Shown here: in pieces, positions 11,852 through 25,500 of the stretch
How the letters are laid out: each line of letters starts with the position of its first letter
Position numbering within the stretch: the stretch's first letter is position 1
From: Callorhinchus milii
Taxonomy: Eukaryota
Assembly: GCF_018977255.1 (NCBI RefSeq)
Contig: NW_024704742.1
Span: 86,554,001-86,618,000 of the forward strand
Length of the DNA stretch: 64,000 bases
Direction: 5' to 3'
The notes under the pieces: generated by a model
Databases searched by the model: none
Told to the model about the DNA's origin: nothing
The model's input: only the letters and a program-made list of their open reading frames with translations
Position numbers and translations under genes: made by a program

Positions 11852-13034
11852 TGAGTGAGGGAGTGAGTGCAGAGCCCTGTGTGTGAGTGAGTGAGTGAGT
11901 GAGTGAGGGCAGAGCCCTGTGTGTGAGGGAGGGAGTGCAGAGCTCTGTGAGTGAGTGAGGGAGTGAGTGAGGGCAGAGCCCTGTGTGTGAGTGAGTGAGT
12001 GAGTGAGTGAGTGAGTGAGGGCAGAGCCCTGTGTGTGTGTGAGTGAGTGTGTGAGTGAGGGCAGAGCCCTGTGTGTGAGGGAGTGAGTGCAGAGCCCTGT
12101 GTGTGAGTGAGGGCAGAGCCCTGTGTGTGAGGCAGTGAGTGAGTGAGTGCAGATCCCTGTGTGTGAGGCAATGAGTGAGTGTGTGAGTGAGTGCAGATCC
12201 CTGTGAGTGAGGGAGTGAGTGAGTGAGTGAGTGCAGAGCCCTGTGTGTGAGGCAGTGAGTGAGTGTGTGAGTGAGTGCAGATCCCTGTGAGTGAGGCAGT
12301 GAGTGAGGGAGTGAGGGCAGATCCCTGTGTGTGAGGCAGTGAGTGAGGGAGTGAGTGAGTGAGTGCAGAGCCCTGTGTGTGAGGCAGTGAGTGAGTGTGT
12401 GAGTGAGTGCAGATCCCTGTGAGTGAGGCAGTGAGTGAGGGAGTGAGTGAGTGCAGAGCCCTGTGTGTGAGGCAGTGAGTGAGTGTGTGAGTGAGTGCAG
12501 ATCCCTGTGAGTGAGGCAGTGAGTGAGGGAGTGAGGGCAGATCCCTGTGTGTGAGGCAGTGAGTGAGGGAGTGAGTGAGTGAGTGCAGATCCCTGTGAGT
12601 GAGGCAGTGAGTGTGTGAGTGAGGGCAGATCCCTGTGAGTGAGGCAGTGAGTGTGTGAGTGAGTGAGTGCAGATCCCTGTGTGTGAGGCAGTGAGTGAGG
12701 GAGTGAGTGAGTGCAGATCCCTGTGAGTGAGGCAGTGAGTGAGTGAGTGCAGATCCCTGTGTGTGTGTGTGAGTGAGTGCAGATCCCTGTGAGTGAGGGA
12801 GTGAGTGAGTGAGTGCAGATCCCTGTGTGTGTGAGTGAGTGCAGATCCCTGTGAGTGAGGGAGTGAGTGAGTGAGTGCAGATCCCTGTGTGTGAGGCAGT
12901 GAGTGAGTGCACATCCCTGTGTGTGAAGCAGTGAGGGAGTGAGTGAGGGCAGATCTGTGTGTGAAGCAGTGAGGGAGTGAGTGAGGGCAGATCCCTGCGT
13001 GTGAAGCAGTGAGGGAGTGAGTGAGGGCAGATCC
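11852..13034 (+). repeat. GCAGA(G/T)CCCT-(GT)n-(GAGT)n minisatellite with 5'-to-3' variant gradient
   Basis: Core shifts from gcagagccct to gcagatccct and gains ggcagt from ~12130. Confidence 0.95.
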
Positions 13035-13216
13035 CGGGCAGGAGGCGGGCGTCACGGTCACAGTCACTCACACACGCTCCAGGGCTCCACTTCCTGACCA
13101 GCGTCAGACAGTCAGTCAGTGTTTGCAAATCCGCCTCAGTACAGAGAGAGAGGGAGGGAGGGGAGGGCAGGGGGGCGACAGCGTGGGCACTGCAACCCCC
13201 CCCCCACCCACAGCAG
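13030..13216 (+). promoter_or_regulatory. Candidate promoter and non-coding first exon B
   Basis: CpG-rich, GC-box-like gaggcgggc, ETS-like acttcct (~13089), donor CAG|GTAACT at 13216/13217. Confidence 0.45.
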
Positions 13217-13451
13217 GTAACTCGCTTTCTCCCAACGCACCTGGCGATCCCGAGAGCAGTGCATGTCATTTATTATTCTTTTAGCAAACTTTTCTCGTGT
13301 TTTTTTTTTGCACTCGTGCACACCGTGTGGGCAAACGTGCGCGTGTTTATTTATTTGCCTTAGTGCACGGGAGTGAAAAGGGAGAAGCTCCAGATCGTTT
13401 GGATCTACATGGGACAGTGTATATGTTTAACTCGGGAAGTGGCTGAGTGCT

Positions 13452-13780
13452 TGGGTGCTGTGTGTTGGGTGCTGTGTGTTGGGTGCTGTGTGTTGGGTGC
13501 TGTGTGTTGGGTCTTGGGTGTTGGGTGCTGGGTGCCTGGTGCTGGGTGCTGTGTGCTGGGTGCTGGGTGCTGTGTGCCTGGTGTTGGGTGTTGGGTGCTG
13601 TGTGCCTGGTGTTGGGTGCTGGGTGTTGGGTGCTGGGTGTTGGGTGCTGTGTGTTGGGTGCTGTGTGTTGGGTGCTGGGTGTTGGGTGCTGGGTGTTGGG
13701 TGCTGTGTGTTGGGTGCTGTGTGTTGGGTGCTGTGTGTTGGGTGCTGTGTGTTGGGTGCTGTGTGTTGGGTGCTGGGGTG
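13452..13780 (+). repeat. 7/14-bp tandem repeat (TGTGTGT TGGGTGC)n
   Basis: Direct reading. Confidence 0.95.
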
Positions 13781-15659
13781 CATTTCAGAATTGTGCATCA
13801 GTCGCTTGAACCACTTGAAGAGATGCTTTCTCTCTCCTCTCAGTGAGAAGATGCTGCCCTTGGTTGTGTTCAGCAGCTCAGTTTACTGTAGAGCTGTCTG
13901 CTGATATGACATTCCTGTCGAGGTTGAACAGTGAGTGGGCTTATGACTTAATGTGGAAAAGCCTCTTAAGATTTTATGCTTTTAATTTGTTGATCTATTT
14001 AGATGCAGAAATCCACAGTGTCTTTTTTTATATGGACCCAAGCTACAGTGATAACATCTCAGAGCAAGGTTTTTACCCTCGGTCCCTCCCATCTGTATGC
14101 CAAACTCTAACCTCTCCATTAGTCCTCAGACAGCCTCTCAAGATCAGGCCACAGGAATGATTTTTTTTTGCAAAAAAAAAGGAAGTGATTCAAATACTGT
14201 ATAGTATGTGATTCTGATCTTACAGTAATTGTTGAGCAATAGTATTAAGCATTCAGTCAGTAAGCAGGTAAAGTAATGTTAAAATGCATATTTAAATATA
14301 ATAGGCAGTGCTGCTGCTAGGATTATTTGTTTTCCTTCAATAGAATTTAATGAATGTACCCGTACTGGTTATGAAGGAAGCATAGTAATCACTGATGAGA
14401 TTCTGCAAGAGATAGTCATCGGCAATATTTCTATGTTTTTTTTATACTATAATGGAAAACTGACCCTGTTGGTGGGAGTAAAATATAGGTATATTAGAGC
14501 TGGATTCAAAAAACAAAGTACGTCAATTTGTATCTTGGTTACTGTATCTCGAGTCTCGGAATCTTGACACGTGAATTGCATAATTGCAGCTACGGCTTTG
14601 GTTCCTTCAATTTTCCTTTTTTTTTCCATTTCTGTCCTTACCCCGCCTCTCCCAAGGGTGGTGATTCAGGCTGAGGTACAATTCATCAGGCAGGAAGCAG
14701 CCATCTAGGATCTTGCACAAGAGACCATTTTTCTTGTGTGAGCTTTGCCTGAGTGTCAGCAGGGTATTTGGCTATGGGACATCACAGGTGAATGAGACTC
14801 TTTTTCCAGTTTTTGGCAGGGGTCACTGGAAAATGAGTATGATTGGGAAGTCTGGCTTGCTTTACCCCATTCCCTTTTGCCCACAAAATATACAATTACT
14901 ACATTTTTCTGTGAAGTGTTTTGAGATGTCTCAAAGACACGATGAGGCACAATATCAAATGCAAGGATTATTATTCTGTGAAGTGCTTTGAGATTTCTCA
15001 ATAATGTGATAACTTGCTATATCAAATGCAAGGATTATTATTATTATTCCCTTCTTTAACCCACGGTGTGCCAGATGTGTTGTGGAGCCTTCAGTACCAC
15101 TCTGGCTAAGTTTATCTAACTTGGCACAAGCCAGAGATAAAAGCAAATACCTTCCTGATCTGTTGGCTCACCGTCACATTGTTTAATGCATTTGCTCAGC
15201 AGGAGAGGGAGGAGGTGGGAAGAAGCTGTTTTGAAAACTAAGCAGGGAAATGGGACCAAATGTGTGAACAAATGTAGCTCAATTTCCAGTTGCATCTCTT
15301 ATGTACAATTCCCATTAAAGGGTATCTCTGAATCAATTGGTTGTGGTTTCAAGTCCCAAATTGGGCCTCAAGATCACAGTTTAATGAAAAGAAATGTGAG
15401 GTTCTGGATAAAATTGGACATTCACCTCATGACTGTTTATTTGTGTGACCCAGCTAGCAAAAAACAACTGCTGTGTTTATCAATATAAATGGTCACTACA
15501 CTTGACAGGTGAAGCATCTAGATGTTTCAGTCACTGGGGGCAGAGATTCTTCCCACTTGAATCTGCAATTGTGCAAGCCAAAACCTCAAAGGGTAGGATG
15601 GTCCTAGCTGTTCATGTAGCGGGAAACTTGTTAGACAGTACTTTCAATGACGAGCTATG

Positions 15660-15975
15660 TGGTTTTAGTTGGTTAAACTCCAGTAGTATCCCAACACACA
15701 CTCTGGGGTCCCCAAGCCTTGGCTCTTGCCAACCTGTACCTAATAAAGCGCTCTGGGGCATTACTCTGGATGAGGGTACAAATAGGCAAGTTGTTGTTAT
15801 TGATACTCTCTGGAATTAAATAATCAAGGGGAAAATGTGCATTCCATCCCAGACGGGGAAATTTCCACATGCGGGTGGCATACGTAAGGAATTCTGTCTG
15901 GTTTGGATACTCTTAAGAGTGATGACGGGTTAAGTGTGTTCTGTGTCAGACACCTGACTGACCCAAAAAAAGGTT
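15660..15975 (+). repeat. Family U repeat, copy 2, carrying a small L2-tail insertion at ~15745-15802
   Basis: ccaagccttggctcttgccaacctgtacctaata...tggaattaaataatc...tttggatactcttaagagtgatgacggg...tgtgtcagacacc. Confidence 0.75.
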
Positions 15976-16521
15976 CAGTTTGTTAAAGAGCTTTAATAAT
16001 GTAAGTCATTTCTCTTTCTTTTAAGGAAAGCTAGAAAACCATGTTTTGTGGTTGCCATCCAGCAACACCTTGCTCGTGTCTGGTTGTCAAATGACTGCTG
16101 TAATAAGATGCACCTTTCCAAAATAACTCAGTGATGATAAAATCACTACTGTGAGCAGTCAGCCAATTGGGCAAAGATAGTTTGATACAATGCTGCTAAC
16201 CTGATCTATTGTAGCACTTTCTTTAAAACATAAAATAATCTTTTTTTAATGGCTCAAGAAAATCGATTGAAACTGCTTCTTCATGTTGTTTTGTCATTGT
16301 GACATCGCACTAGTGGATTCCAGTTTTCATTCTCACTGTCGTCTCCACATAGTGCGTGTTTCCTGGGCACTGGCTTTCCTTTTCTTTGCTTGTGACCTGG
16401 CAATGAATGCTGGCAGGGTATTCAACCTCGAGTGAGGGCAAAGGGGTGCTGAGGCTTCACAGTCAAGTCGAATCAGGTTGTCTTATACTGTAAACATTTG
16501 CACATCTTCCAGCAGATGCCG

Positions 16522-16735
16522 TAGGAACATAGGAACAGGAGTAGGTCATTCAGCCCCTCGAGCTGTACCAACATTCAATTAGATCATGGTTGATCTGTAC
16601 CTCAACTCCAATTACCTGCCTTTCCTCCATATCCCATGATACCCAGACTTAACAGAAATCTATCCACCTCAGTCTTGAAAATTTGAATGGTTCCAACATC
16701 CACAGCTTTTTGCGGGAGAAAGTTCCAGATATTGT
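16522..16735 (-). mobile_element. CR1-clade (HER1-like) LINE 3' fragment
   Basis: ataggaacaggagtaggtcattcagcccctcgagc...agatcatggttgatctg resembles the reverse complement of shark CR1/HER1 3' ends (recall). Confidence 0.7.
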
Positions 16736-17109
16736 CTGATTTCTTTTTTCTCATCACCCTAGTGATGCCTGCTCCAGCTGAGATCAGCTAATGCAATACA
16801 ACAAAGCATTGACCTTCTGCACTGTGTGTCCTAGTGCTACACCAAGGGTTCCTTTACCCCCAAACTCCCAATGGCATGCAGGCCATGAATGGGCAGTGAC
16901 ATTTTGTTAATGTTAGTATGGGCAAATACTATTGCCTGTTCGCCTTCAAATAGTTTGTAAAGAGATCAAACGATGTGTGAGTAATTGGGGATGAAATGTG
17001 CTTTTTTTTTTCTCTTCAGTGGACCTACTTTACAATATAGGCTTTAATGCTGTCATTGTTTAGTGGAATTGTTGCGTTAGGTTAAAGGTTGACTTTATTT
17101 TACATTGGA

Positions 17110-17545
17110 AATTTAGGAATATAGGGAAATAGGAACAGGAGGAAGCCATTCAGCCCATCTAGCCTGTGATGCCAGTTTATAAGATATTGACATATCTTTT
17201 AATCTCTATGCCCTGCCCTTTCACCATACCCCGTAATACCTTTACTATTCAGGTACCTGTCTAATCCTTTTTTAAACATCCCTATCCAATCGGCCTTCAC
17301 AGTTTTCTTCAGCTGAGTCTTTCACATTCCTCTGCATGTAGAATGCTTTTTGATCTCATTTCGAACAGACTTGGCTCTGATTTTAAGGCTGTGCCCTTGT
17401 AATGGATCGCTTTTACAAGGGGGAGAGTTGTCCACTAAGTCACCGGCCAATTTCTTTCATTATTTTTTATACCTTAATCAAATTACCCCTTCACCTCCCC
17501 TGCTCTAAGGAATATGATCCCAGTCTACCAAGACTCTGTTAGCTA
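17110..17545 (-). mobile_element. Older CR1-clade LINE 3' fragment
   Basis: ataggaacaggaggaagccattcagcccatctagcctg... plus a degenerate RT C-terminal region. Confidence 0.6.
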
Positions 17546-18024
17546 AGAGAAGCAGATTGCATAAAAGAGACACGTTTGGTCTCACATTGCTTTAGCTGGC
17601 CTGGTCTGTTTTTGTGCAGCCGACTGCAGTCCCAATGGAACACCTACTGAGTGATGAGAATTATAATCTAGTGCAGTCACCGATATGGTCTGTGATGAAA
17701 AGATGTCACCTTGCCTGGTGGGTCCAGTCCACTTTATTCTCAAGAATTGATTCTCTCCTGTAACCTTTTTGTCCTCAAGATTTCAAGAAAGAAAAATGAA
17801 AGGAATGCAATATGTGCAAAACAGGACCCATCACATGTGCTGTAGCTATCCACACACAAACACCACAATAAACAAGACAACAAATCTTAAATACTAGTCT
17901 GAGCCGACTGACTCTTCGATTGACAATATAATTTAAATTTTTTGTGTACGGTTCATAAACCATTGAATACCAAAGAGTTCTGGTTGCAACTGTGAAATGA
18001 ACTGAAACACGATGGCCAATTTAT

Positions 18025-18389
18025 TATAATAATCCTTGCATAAGCGCTCTGGAACCCAGCGTGAAGGGTGCAATACAAAAGCAAGTTGTTCTATTTGTTA
18101 TAGCGCCTTATCAAATCATTGAGACGTCCCTAAGCGCTTCGCAGAATATATTGTAAAGTGGATTGACTGTGTATTTTGTGAGTGAAACTCGGCAGCCAAT
18201 TGCGCACAGCAGTGCTCCACAAACAGTCGAAGATTGAGTGACCTTATTTTGGAGGGATTCTACTTACTGCTAAGTAAACAGAGGTGAGTGAATAAGGAAA
18301 CTTGCCTCAGGTTTCATCCCGCCCGGGAATTGAACCCGGGTCCTCTCGCTTGCGAGGTGAGCGCACTAACCACTATGATACGGGAATCC
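18025..18389 (-). mobile_element. tRNA-SINE with a short L2 tail inserted in its 3' end
   Basis: Reverse-complement head at ~18320-18389 and tail at 18025-18230. Confidence 0.85.
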
Positions 18390-18884
18390 ACTTATTAAGT
18401 GATATCTGTGCAATACAGATGAGGGTTGAATGATTCTTAGTTTTATTGGTAAATTTACCAAGTTTAGTGGTCAAACTGGTCATATTCTCTGTCAGACAGT
18501 ACCTCGTGGGCTAACCTTGACTTTGTATACGTTTAATGCAAACAAAATCATTTTGAGGTCACACAACTGATTTGATAAATTTACTGATTCGTGAATACTT
18601 TTCCCCTCCCAATATTGTATAACTGCAATGCTCATGCATGCTATAGATTGTTCAGCTCACTGCCGAATGATTGTACCACTAGCGGGTTCTGTCATGTATC
18701 CTTTAATTTATCACGGGTATAGAAAAAATAGAATCAGAAGTAAACCGTTCGTACAAACGGCGTTTGCGAAGCAGCATTTGTAACTGATTGGCTCAAAGTA
18801 TAAAGTTGCAGAAAGTCTCATCCTGACAATATGTTTAAGATTGAGAGCTGCCTTGCGACATCGTCCTGACGTGAAAGGCGCGAT

Positions 18885-19270
18885 AGGCCACCGAAACCCT
18901 CATATGTGCCTTCATTGCATCCAAGCTCGATTGCATCCAATGCCCTACTTGTCGACTTCCCCCAACTCCTCCTTCCATACCCCGCAGATCATTCAGAACT
19001 CTGCAGCCCACAACCTCTCCCACACCAGACTCCGTGACCCTATCACCCCCATCTGCTAAGCGGACTCCGGCTTGCTTCACATCCCCTGCCTTGCCAGCCC
19101 CACCATTGGCGGGTGAGCATTTAGCCTCTGCCCCCACCCTCTGGAACTCCATCCCGCAGTCCCTCTGCCTCGCCCCCTCCCTTGCCTCCTTCAACACCCA
19201 TTTCAACACTATGCTTTGGACCACCCACCTTCCCCCCCACTACCCTCCACCCTCCCTAATCCCGATTGAC
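18885..19270 (+). mobile_element. Degenerate L2 3' fragment
   Basis: QIIQNSAAHNLSHTRLRDPITPI; SAPTLWNSIPQSL. Confidence 0.8.
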
Positions 19271-20363
19271 TTCTGGTTCACCTACAAATACAGTCACTAT
19301 ACTTTTTAGTAAATTTTGTGATGTACTTTGAAACATTTGGGCGACTTAATAAGGTGCTATATCAAATGCAAGGTTTATTATTAGCCGTATTGTGTATTGC
19401 ATGTAATTTAATATGTTCCGGTTGTAGACAGCGAGGCTGAGATAACTCAATGTGAATGCCATGTAATTGTGATTCCTGTTGTTTGATTAACAGGTTTGAA
19501 AATCTTATCTATTTAATTATTTAAAGTTCTGTACTTGACTGTATTCATCCAGGAAAAAAAAGGAGGGAACGTTATTAGATGTTTCGACCCTTTTAGTACA
19601 TGTGAAGTAAAAATCTTGAATTAGGATTATCTGGGATTTGTGTAAGCGATTGCACTCCCACATAGTACCTCAAGTGACATTTAGTTTTCTTACAAGGTTT
19701 GGAATTAATCCAACAGGCTCTATACAAGAATTGATTGTGATGGCTATATTGGTGACATTTAGTTTGTGACTTTGGAGAACTCATCGACTTTTCTGAAGGC
19801 TTGAAACTATTAAACAGGGTCCCATTATGAACCTAATTTCAGTCCTTCATCATAATTGCAGTTTATAAACGAGCTTCTAAGTACTGTGCAAAGAACACTA
19901 ATTATTTCCCCACTGCTATTTTCTCAAGTTAGACCATGATGCATGGTACTTCTGTCCCTTTCTTCTGCAGTGGAACCTCAATTATTCCCCCGCGTGGAAA
20001 ATTTAAATTGGAGGAAATGCTGCCTATAGACTATACTGAATCAGTCACAAGTGCCAACTCACACAAAGGCTTCCTTTGCATAAGTAAACGGTGTGAATTC
20101 GACTTAGACCACATATGAAAATACCAACATGTAAGCGTGAGTTGGGAGCCAGCAGTGGGAAATGGAAAATACTTGTACAGTGAACCTTAAATAAGTTGTA
20201 TCAGTTGGGATCATACATTTAATATGATTTGTGCAAAGTATGAGTTATGTCAAACTTGCATAGAATATAAACTCCTGAATAGGCAGATGTACACTCGGAT
20301 GATTATATGATTTATACAGATCAGACTCAGGAGAGTTTTACCGTATCTGTGTGAAAAGCTCTA

Positions 20364-20735
20364 TAATAATAATAATCCTTGCATTTGATATAGCGCCTTA
20401 TCACGTCTTCGAGACGCCTCAAAGCACTTCACAGAATATACTACAAAATGAATTTACTGTATATTTTGTGGGAGAAACTCTGCAGCTAATTGTGCACAGC
20501 AGTGTCTCACAAACAGTCGTGGATTGAGTGACCAATTTATTATTATTTTTTGAAGGAATTGTTACCCCTGTAAAAGCGATCCATCAATCGACTAACAACC
20601 GCGTTCCTACTTACTGCTAGGTAAACAGAGGCGTGTGGAGTAAGGAAACTTGCCCAACATTTTGCACTGCCGGGAATCGAAACCAGGTCTTTTGCATGCG
20701 AGGTGAGTGATTTAACCACTGAGCTACAAGACTCC
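20364..20735 (-). mobile_element. tRNA-SINE, full length
   Basis: Reverse complement of ggagtcttgtagctcagtggtt...aaatgcaaggattattatt. Confidence 0.9.
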
Positions 20736-22339
20736 ATGAGATGAAAGTCTCCAATACGGGACTTCAACTCCAAACCTTCTGACCCTAAGGTGAAAATACT
20801 ACCAGGTGAATCAAGCTGACATTTGCAAGAAATTTTCCTTTAATTCTAAAACAAAAAGAAAGTTGTTATAGTTCATTCCCTCCCCATCTTCGCTCACCTC
20901 ACAGAATGTGATAACATTCTTTTTAAAATGTATGAGTGATTATAACCTGAATAAATTGTAATATATAGCTCCCATCATTGGACACTTTACTCGGGACCTG
21001 GAATTTTTGGGTTAATTCCAGTGGGTCCACTCAGACCTTTCACTCGCTTTTTGAAGTTACTAAAATGAGTACTGTGTTCAAAAGATGTCTTTGTAGGAGG
21101 TAAGCAACAACCACAAAGATGATATTTGTATTCCGTCTTTCATGTCAGGAGGACGTCCCAAGGTACTGGAGCGCTTTGGGACGCAAGATAAGCAGAGCTC
21201 TGGGGAGAATTGAAATTGTCCAAGACATTGCTATTGGGTGACCAGCTCGTCTGAAGTGCAGATATGTCCTTTAACCTTGCAAGCAAAAACCTTAATGAGT
21301 GGATGGTCTTTGCTGGATAAGAAACGTTGAACTTTATCAGTGCTTCGTAAACTATGAGTTATCTCAACCTGGCTAAATTGGTCATACTCTTGCTTCGCTG
21401 TTGAAAGGATGTGGTTGAAACTCCATGTTAGAAATTTGATCTCGCATCTAGGCTGACATTCCAGTGCAGAGCTGAGGAAGTGCTGCAATATCAGAAATGT
21501 CATACTTCAGAGGAAGCGTTAAACCAAGGTAATGCCTGTTAACATGGATGTTAAAACTCCCCAACATCCTTACACATTTTGTACGTATGTGAAAAATGGT
21601 TACAGAACTTTTATCCAACACTTGTACCTTTTTCATGTATTTTTACCGTTCTAATTAATCCTTCCAGTAATTAATTTGCTATAAACTACTGGTATATAAC
21701 AGTGAAACTCATTTGGTGGGTGAGAAGGTGCCCCAGATTGAAAGAGGGAAGCAACAGAATTGAAACAGACAGATCATTTTCAAGGCCTTGCCTCAGAAAT
21801 GGATCTTCATTAACTCCAATATCAGAGGTTAGGCACAGCAGCGGAGTTGTTTTATTTCTGGTCTTGCACCTCAGTTGAAATGGTAAAACTTGCACTAAAA
21901 TCAAACTGATTTCAAGATTTCCCCTGCTTGGATGAGAATGGTTGACTATTCTGGAGGATTTTGCCTTGCCCTCTCCATCTTCAGATCGCGCCTGAAGACC
22001 TTCCTCTTCGACCGCGCCTACGGTCACTTCCCCCCCGGCTCAGGGTCATGCTCTGCCACTGTCAAGCGCTCTGGGATGCTTGCATTTGAAATAACACCTC
22101 ATCACATCGTCCAAATGTCTCAAAGTGCTGCACAGGACTTAGTATAAAATAGCACCACAATGTCCCACAAACAGCCGTGAAGTGAATGACCATTTTAATT
22201 TGGGGAATTGTTGGCCACGAGTCTGACTGGGATGAACTCATTCAAACCTTTTGAAGAAATTGTGCATCACCTCTCTGAAGAGACTGAGGTACATATGACA
22301 GGATAAATTCTCGTTTTTTTTATATTGTCATGGAATAGT

Positions 22340-22525
22340 GGATCTGAAGAGGCAGGTAGAACCTGTGTATAATATCCAAAGAACTGCACCTCTGAAAATG
22401 CAATGCTACCTCAGGGCTGCTTACGAAGTGTCAGCTTAGTCTATGAGCTCAAAGTCCCAACATGGGGTTTGAATCTACAACCTTCTGACTCAGAGGCGAG
22501 AGAGCTACCAACCAACAGGCTGACA
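22340..22525 (-). mobile_element. Deu-domain SINE fragment
   Basis: Reverse complement of ggtagctctctcgcctctgagtcagaaggttgtagattcaaacc...gctgacac. Confidence 0.7.
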
Positions 22526-25500
22526 CCCTGTGTCGGTGTGTGGGAAATCCCATAATGAGGGAAGTGGAAACGAGAAGGAGAGAAATCTTGGGAAGGAAAG
22601 GCTCTCCATCCAAGGCTTTCATCCAATTCAGTGCTTGCATATGTTCCCTTCCAGACAGGTAATTGGTGCGTCTGGTAAATTTCTTAGAATTGTTATGCAA
22701 TAAAATTGGGACCATTTGATCCAGAATGTGTTCGATGTATTACACCCCTCATTCGACTCCTTTATTGCATACTAGAATTTTTTGTACGTTTGATTTCAAG
22801 TGCTATTGATGCTAATATTATAGTTGTGTTCCAAGTGTTGGATGACGGAGGGGGAAGAAATAGCGAATCTTGGGAACCTTTTAAAGATTGTTTTTCCCAC
22901 TCGTTTACTGGCCTCTCAGTTGATCTATGAATATATTGCTCACGTTTAGATGGTTTTCTTTCCACTTAAACTTATTACATTTTTGTCAGCTCAGTAGTTT
23001 AACTCTTATTTTAACTGGTGACAGAATCATCTATAGTGAGGGAAGAATTCAAACCTATGAAAAATGTAGGTAGTTTATAGGATTATATTTAGTTTTTTTT
23101 ATGAGGGATTGATATTTTCATTTTGTGTTCACTCTTGTTGGACTGCTGCTAATTTGGCTTAGAAAGCATTTTGTTGCAAAAGTATCAGCATGATTTGAAC
23201 TCTCCTGCTTGTCCTGTAATGAACCAGTTTCACAGAAAATATCCTCTACATTCCCTTTTTTAGGTCATTGAATAATGTACCCGTGGGGCATGTTATGAAC
23301 TGAAGAAACCATGCTCCACACAGCACTTGGTGTCTGTCTGACAATACTTATCGGTTAAGTGATCTTGAAGGATGTCTTTGGTTCAGCAGGGAGTGAGGGG
23401 GATATATGATCCACTTTTCAGGTCTGTGGCTATTTGTATGTTCATGTTCTCCATGTATATGCTAGGCATGTAATGCATAATTTGAAAAATATTAACAGGG
23501 TTCAGGAGAATGCCTGAGATCCACAGTAATATGGAACAAGCCTTTCGCTTGTGAGAACAATATAATAACGGGTAACCTTCCAAAATCAGTATACTGACCT
23601 GTAATACGTGTATACACTCTGGCTTGTCAGATATCAGATTCTCTCATTTAATGAGCGGATTTGTGTGGTCGGGGTCTGGCTGCCCTAATGGCACCGTGTT
23701 GCCAGAAGCCTCCATGACAGGCTAAAGCGTCTTTTCCAGGAAGTTGACTGGAATTGAACACGGCAATATGGCAGCGCGTTGCTAAACACGCATCTGGTGT
23801 TCCACTGCATTAGATTGGTGGAGTCTGTGATCTGTAGCTTAGATTAGAATGGGCATGTGCTGTAATCATTGTATCATTTTTTATTAGTGTTTTCTGTTTT
23901 AAATCAGACTTTGTTGGGAAGGGCGCCTCGGTGTGATGAGGAAGATATAGTGTGGGTTGGAGCTGTATTATCTATGTACCTGATATCAGATCCGGTGTGC
24001 ATACGAACTGCTGATGTACTAGGGAGCTGTGACTCTTCCTCCGTTTCGGTGTCTCTTTTCCTCCTTTCCCTGTCCCCGCTGAGTTTTTCCGATTGATACT
24101 ATTCAGTGTTTTTGTTTTGGAATAAAACGGAGAAGTGAACAGAAGCGATGTTCAGTGCATCTGCCCTTGTGCTGTACAGCTGTACAGCTGAGAGGCAGTG
24201 CAGCAACAAGTGCAGAGCCATGCTGCACTGATGAGCTGGCTTTGTGTGATATGAATTTCAATCCCTCGGTTTGTTTATTCAGACTCTGTACCACAATAAA
24301 CTATCAGCCTCAGCACTTTTAAGATAAAAAACAATTCTACATGAAATCTGCCAAGTTCACAGCACCGAGACTCGGAGATGCTGTGCAAACTGAGAAGGAT
24401 TTGCATGATCCATTTTTTTTTGTCTCTGGTTAATTGTGGTGAAGGTGGATGTGGGGGTGGGAGCAGAGGGGGAGAGATTTATGGGTCAACAATAATTCTT
24501 AGATGTATGGTATAATTGAATGCTCAACAATGGGGTCATATGGAATTTGATTTAGGGTATAAGTAATCTGGAACTCGCTTGAAATGGAAATTGTGATGCA
24601 TTGTGATTTGTGGCCAGGTTTGCCTGCTTTCCATTTTAATTGGTAAAAATCATTAGTCTTTGAGTTTTCCAATTTTCTCCAAATCGAGGAAAATGAATTC
24701 CCATCAATTAAATATTTTAAAAATTGTAATATCATTTTGATCTACACAAGTGGCCGACTTGTGAGTTGTAAGTTCGATACAGATGACACTTCTTGCTCAC
24801 AGTGCGGGCACCATCGCTTACGTCACATCCTGTGCAAAGATCGCTAAAAATCAAAAATCCCCTCCACCCAAAAAAACATTAAAGGTAAAATAAACGTCTC
24901 TTATCCATCAAACTAAGAAAAAAAGATCAAAAAACAGCATTCTTCTAGCTAAAGCCGCAGTTGATGTGAGCTGGTTTAGTAATCCTATTACAGTGTTGAG
25001 TCCATTATTATTTTAGAACCAAAGAGTGCTATAGCAAAGAAACAGTCCATTTAGCCCATCAGTCTTCCCTGGTGTTTCTCTCCACTAGGCATCACATCTA
25101 ATCCTATTTTCCCATTTGCTTCTGATACCGTTAAATACTCAATACCTTTTTTTCCCCCCAAGAATCTATCTAATTCCCTTTTAAAAGAATTCATGGTCTC
25201 TGGAGTCATTTAAAAAAAAACTCGTTGTGCAATGCTTGGTGCATCTTAAAAGGTGAGGTTGAATGATACTTCTTAATCCGAACCCTCACTGTGTGTTTTG
25301 AAATCAGGTGTTAGTTTTTCAGTGTTATAAAAAGCCAATGGTGCGAAAGAATCTTTAGTAACTGACATTTTTACAAACTAGGAATATTGGACCAAGTTTA
25401 ATTATGTTGCCTTCAGCTACGGTTGTTGCATTATTTCGATCCTTGCTTCACTATAAATTAGTGAACCAGAGAGAGAAACAGCCATCGATCTTATCCATCC

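Noticed and set aside
16051..16067. RFX X-box-like gttgccatccagcaac
   Set aside because: Non-canonical spacing and a single short motif; unsupported without conservation data.
24225..24270. CTGATGAG hammerhead core (also near 5371, 14392, 63780)
   Set aside because: No stem II, GAAA and stem III arrangement follows any of them.
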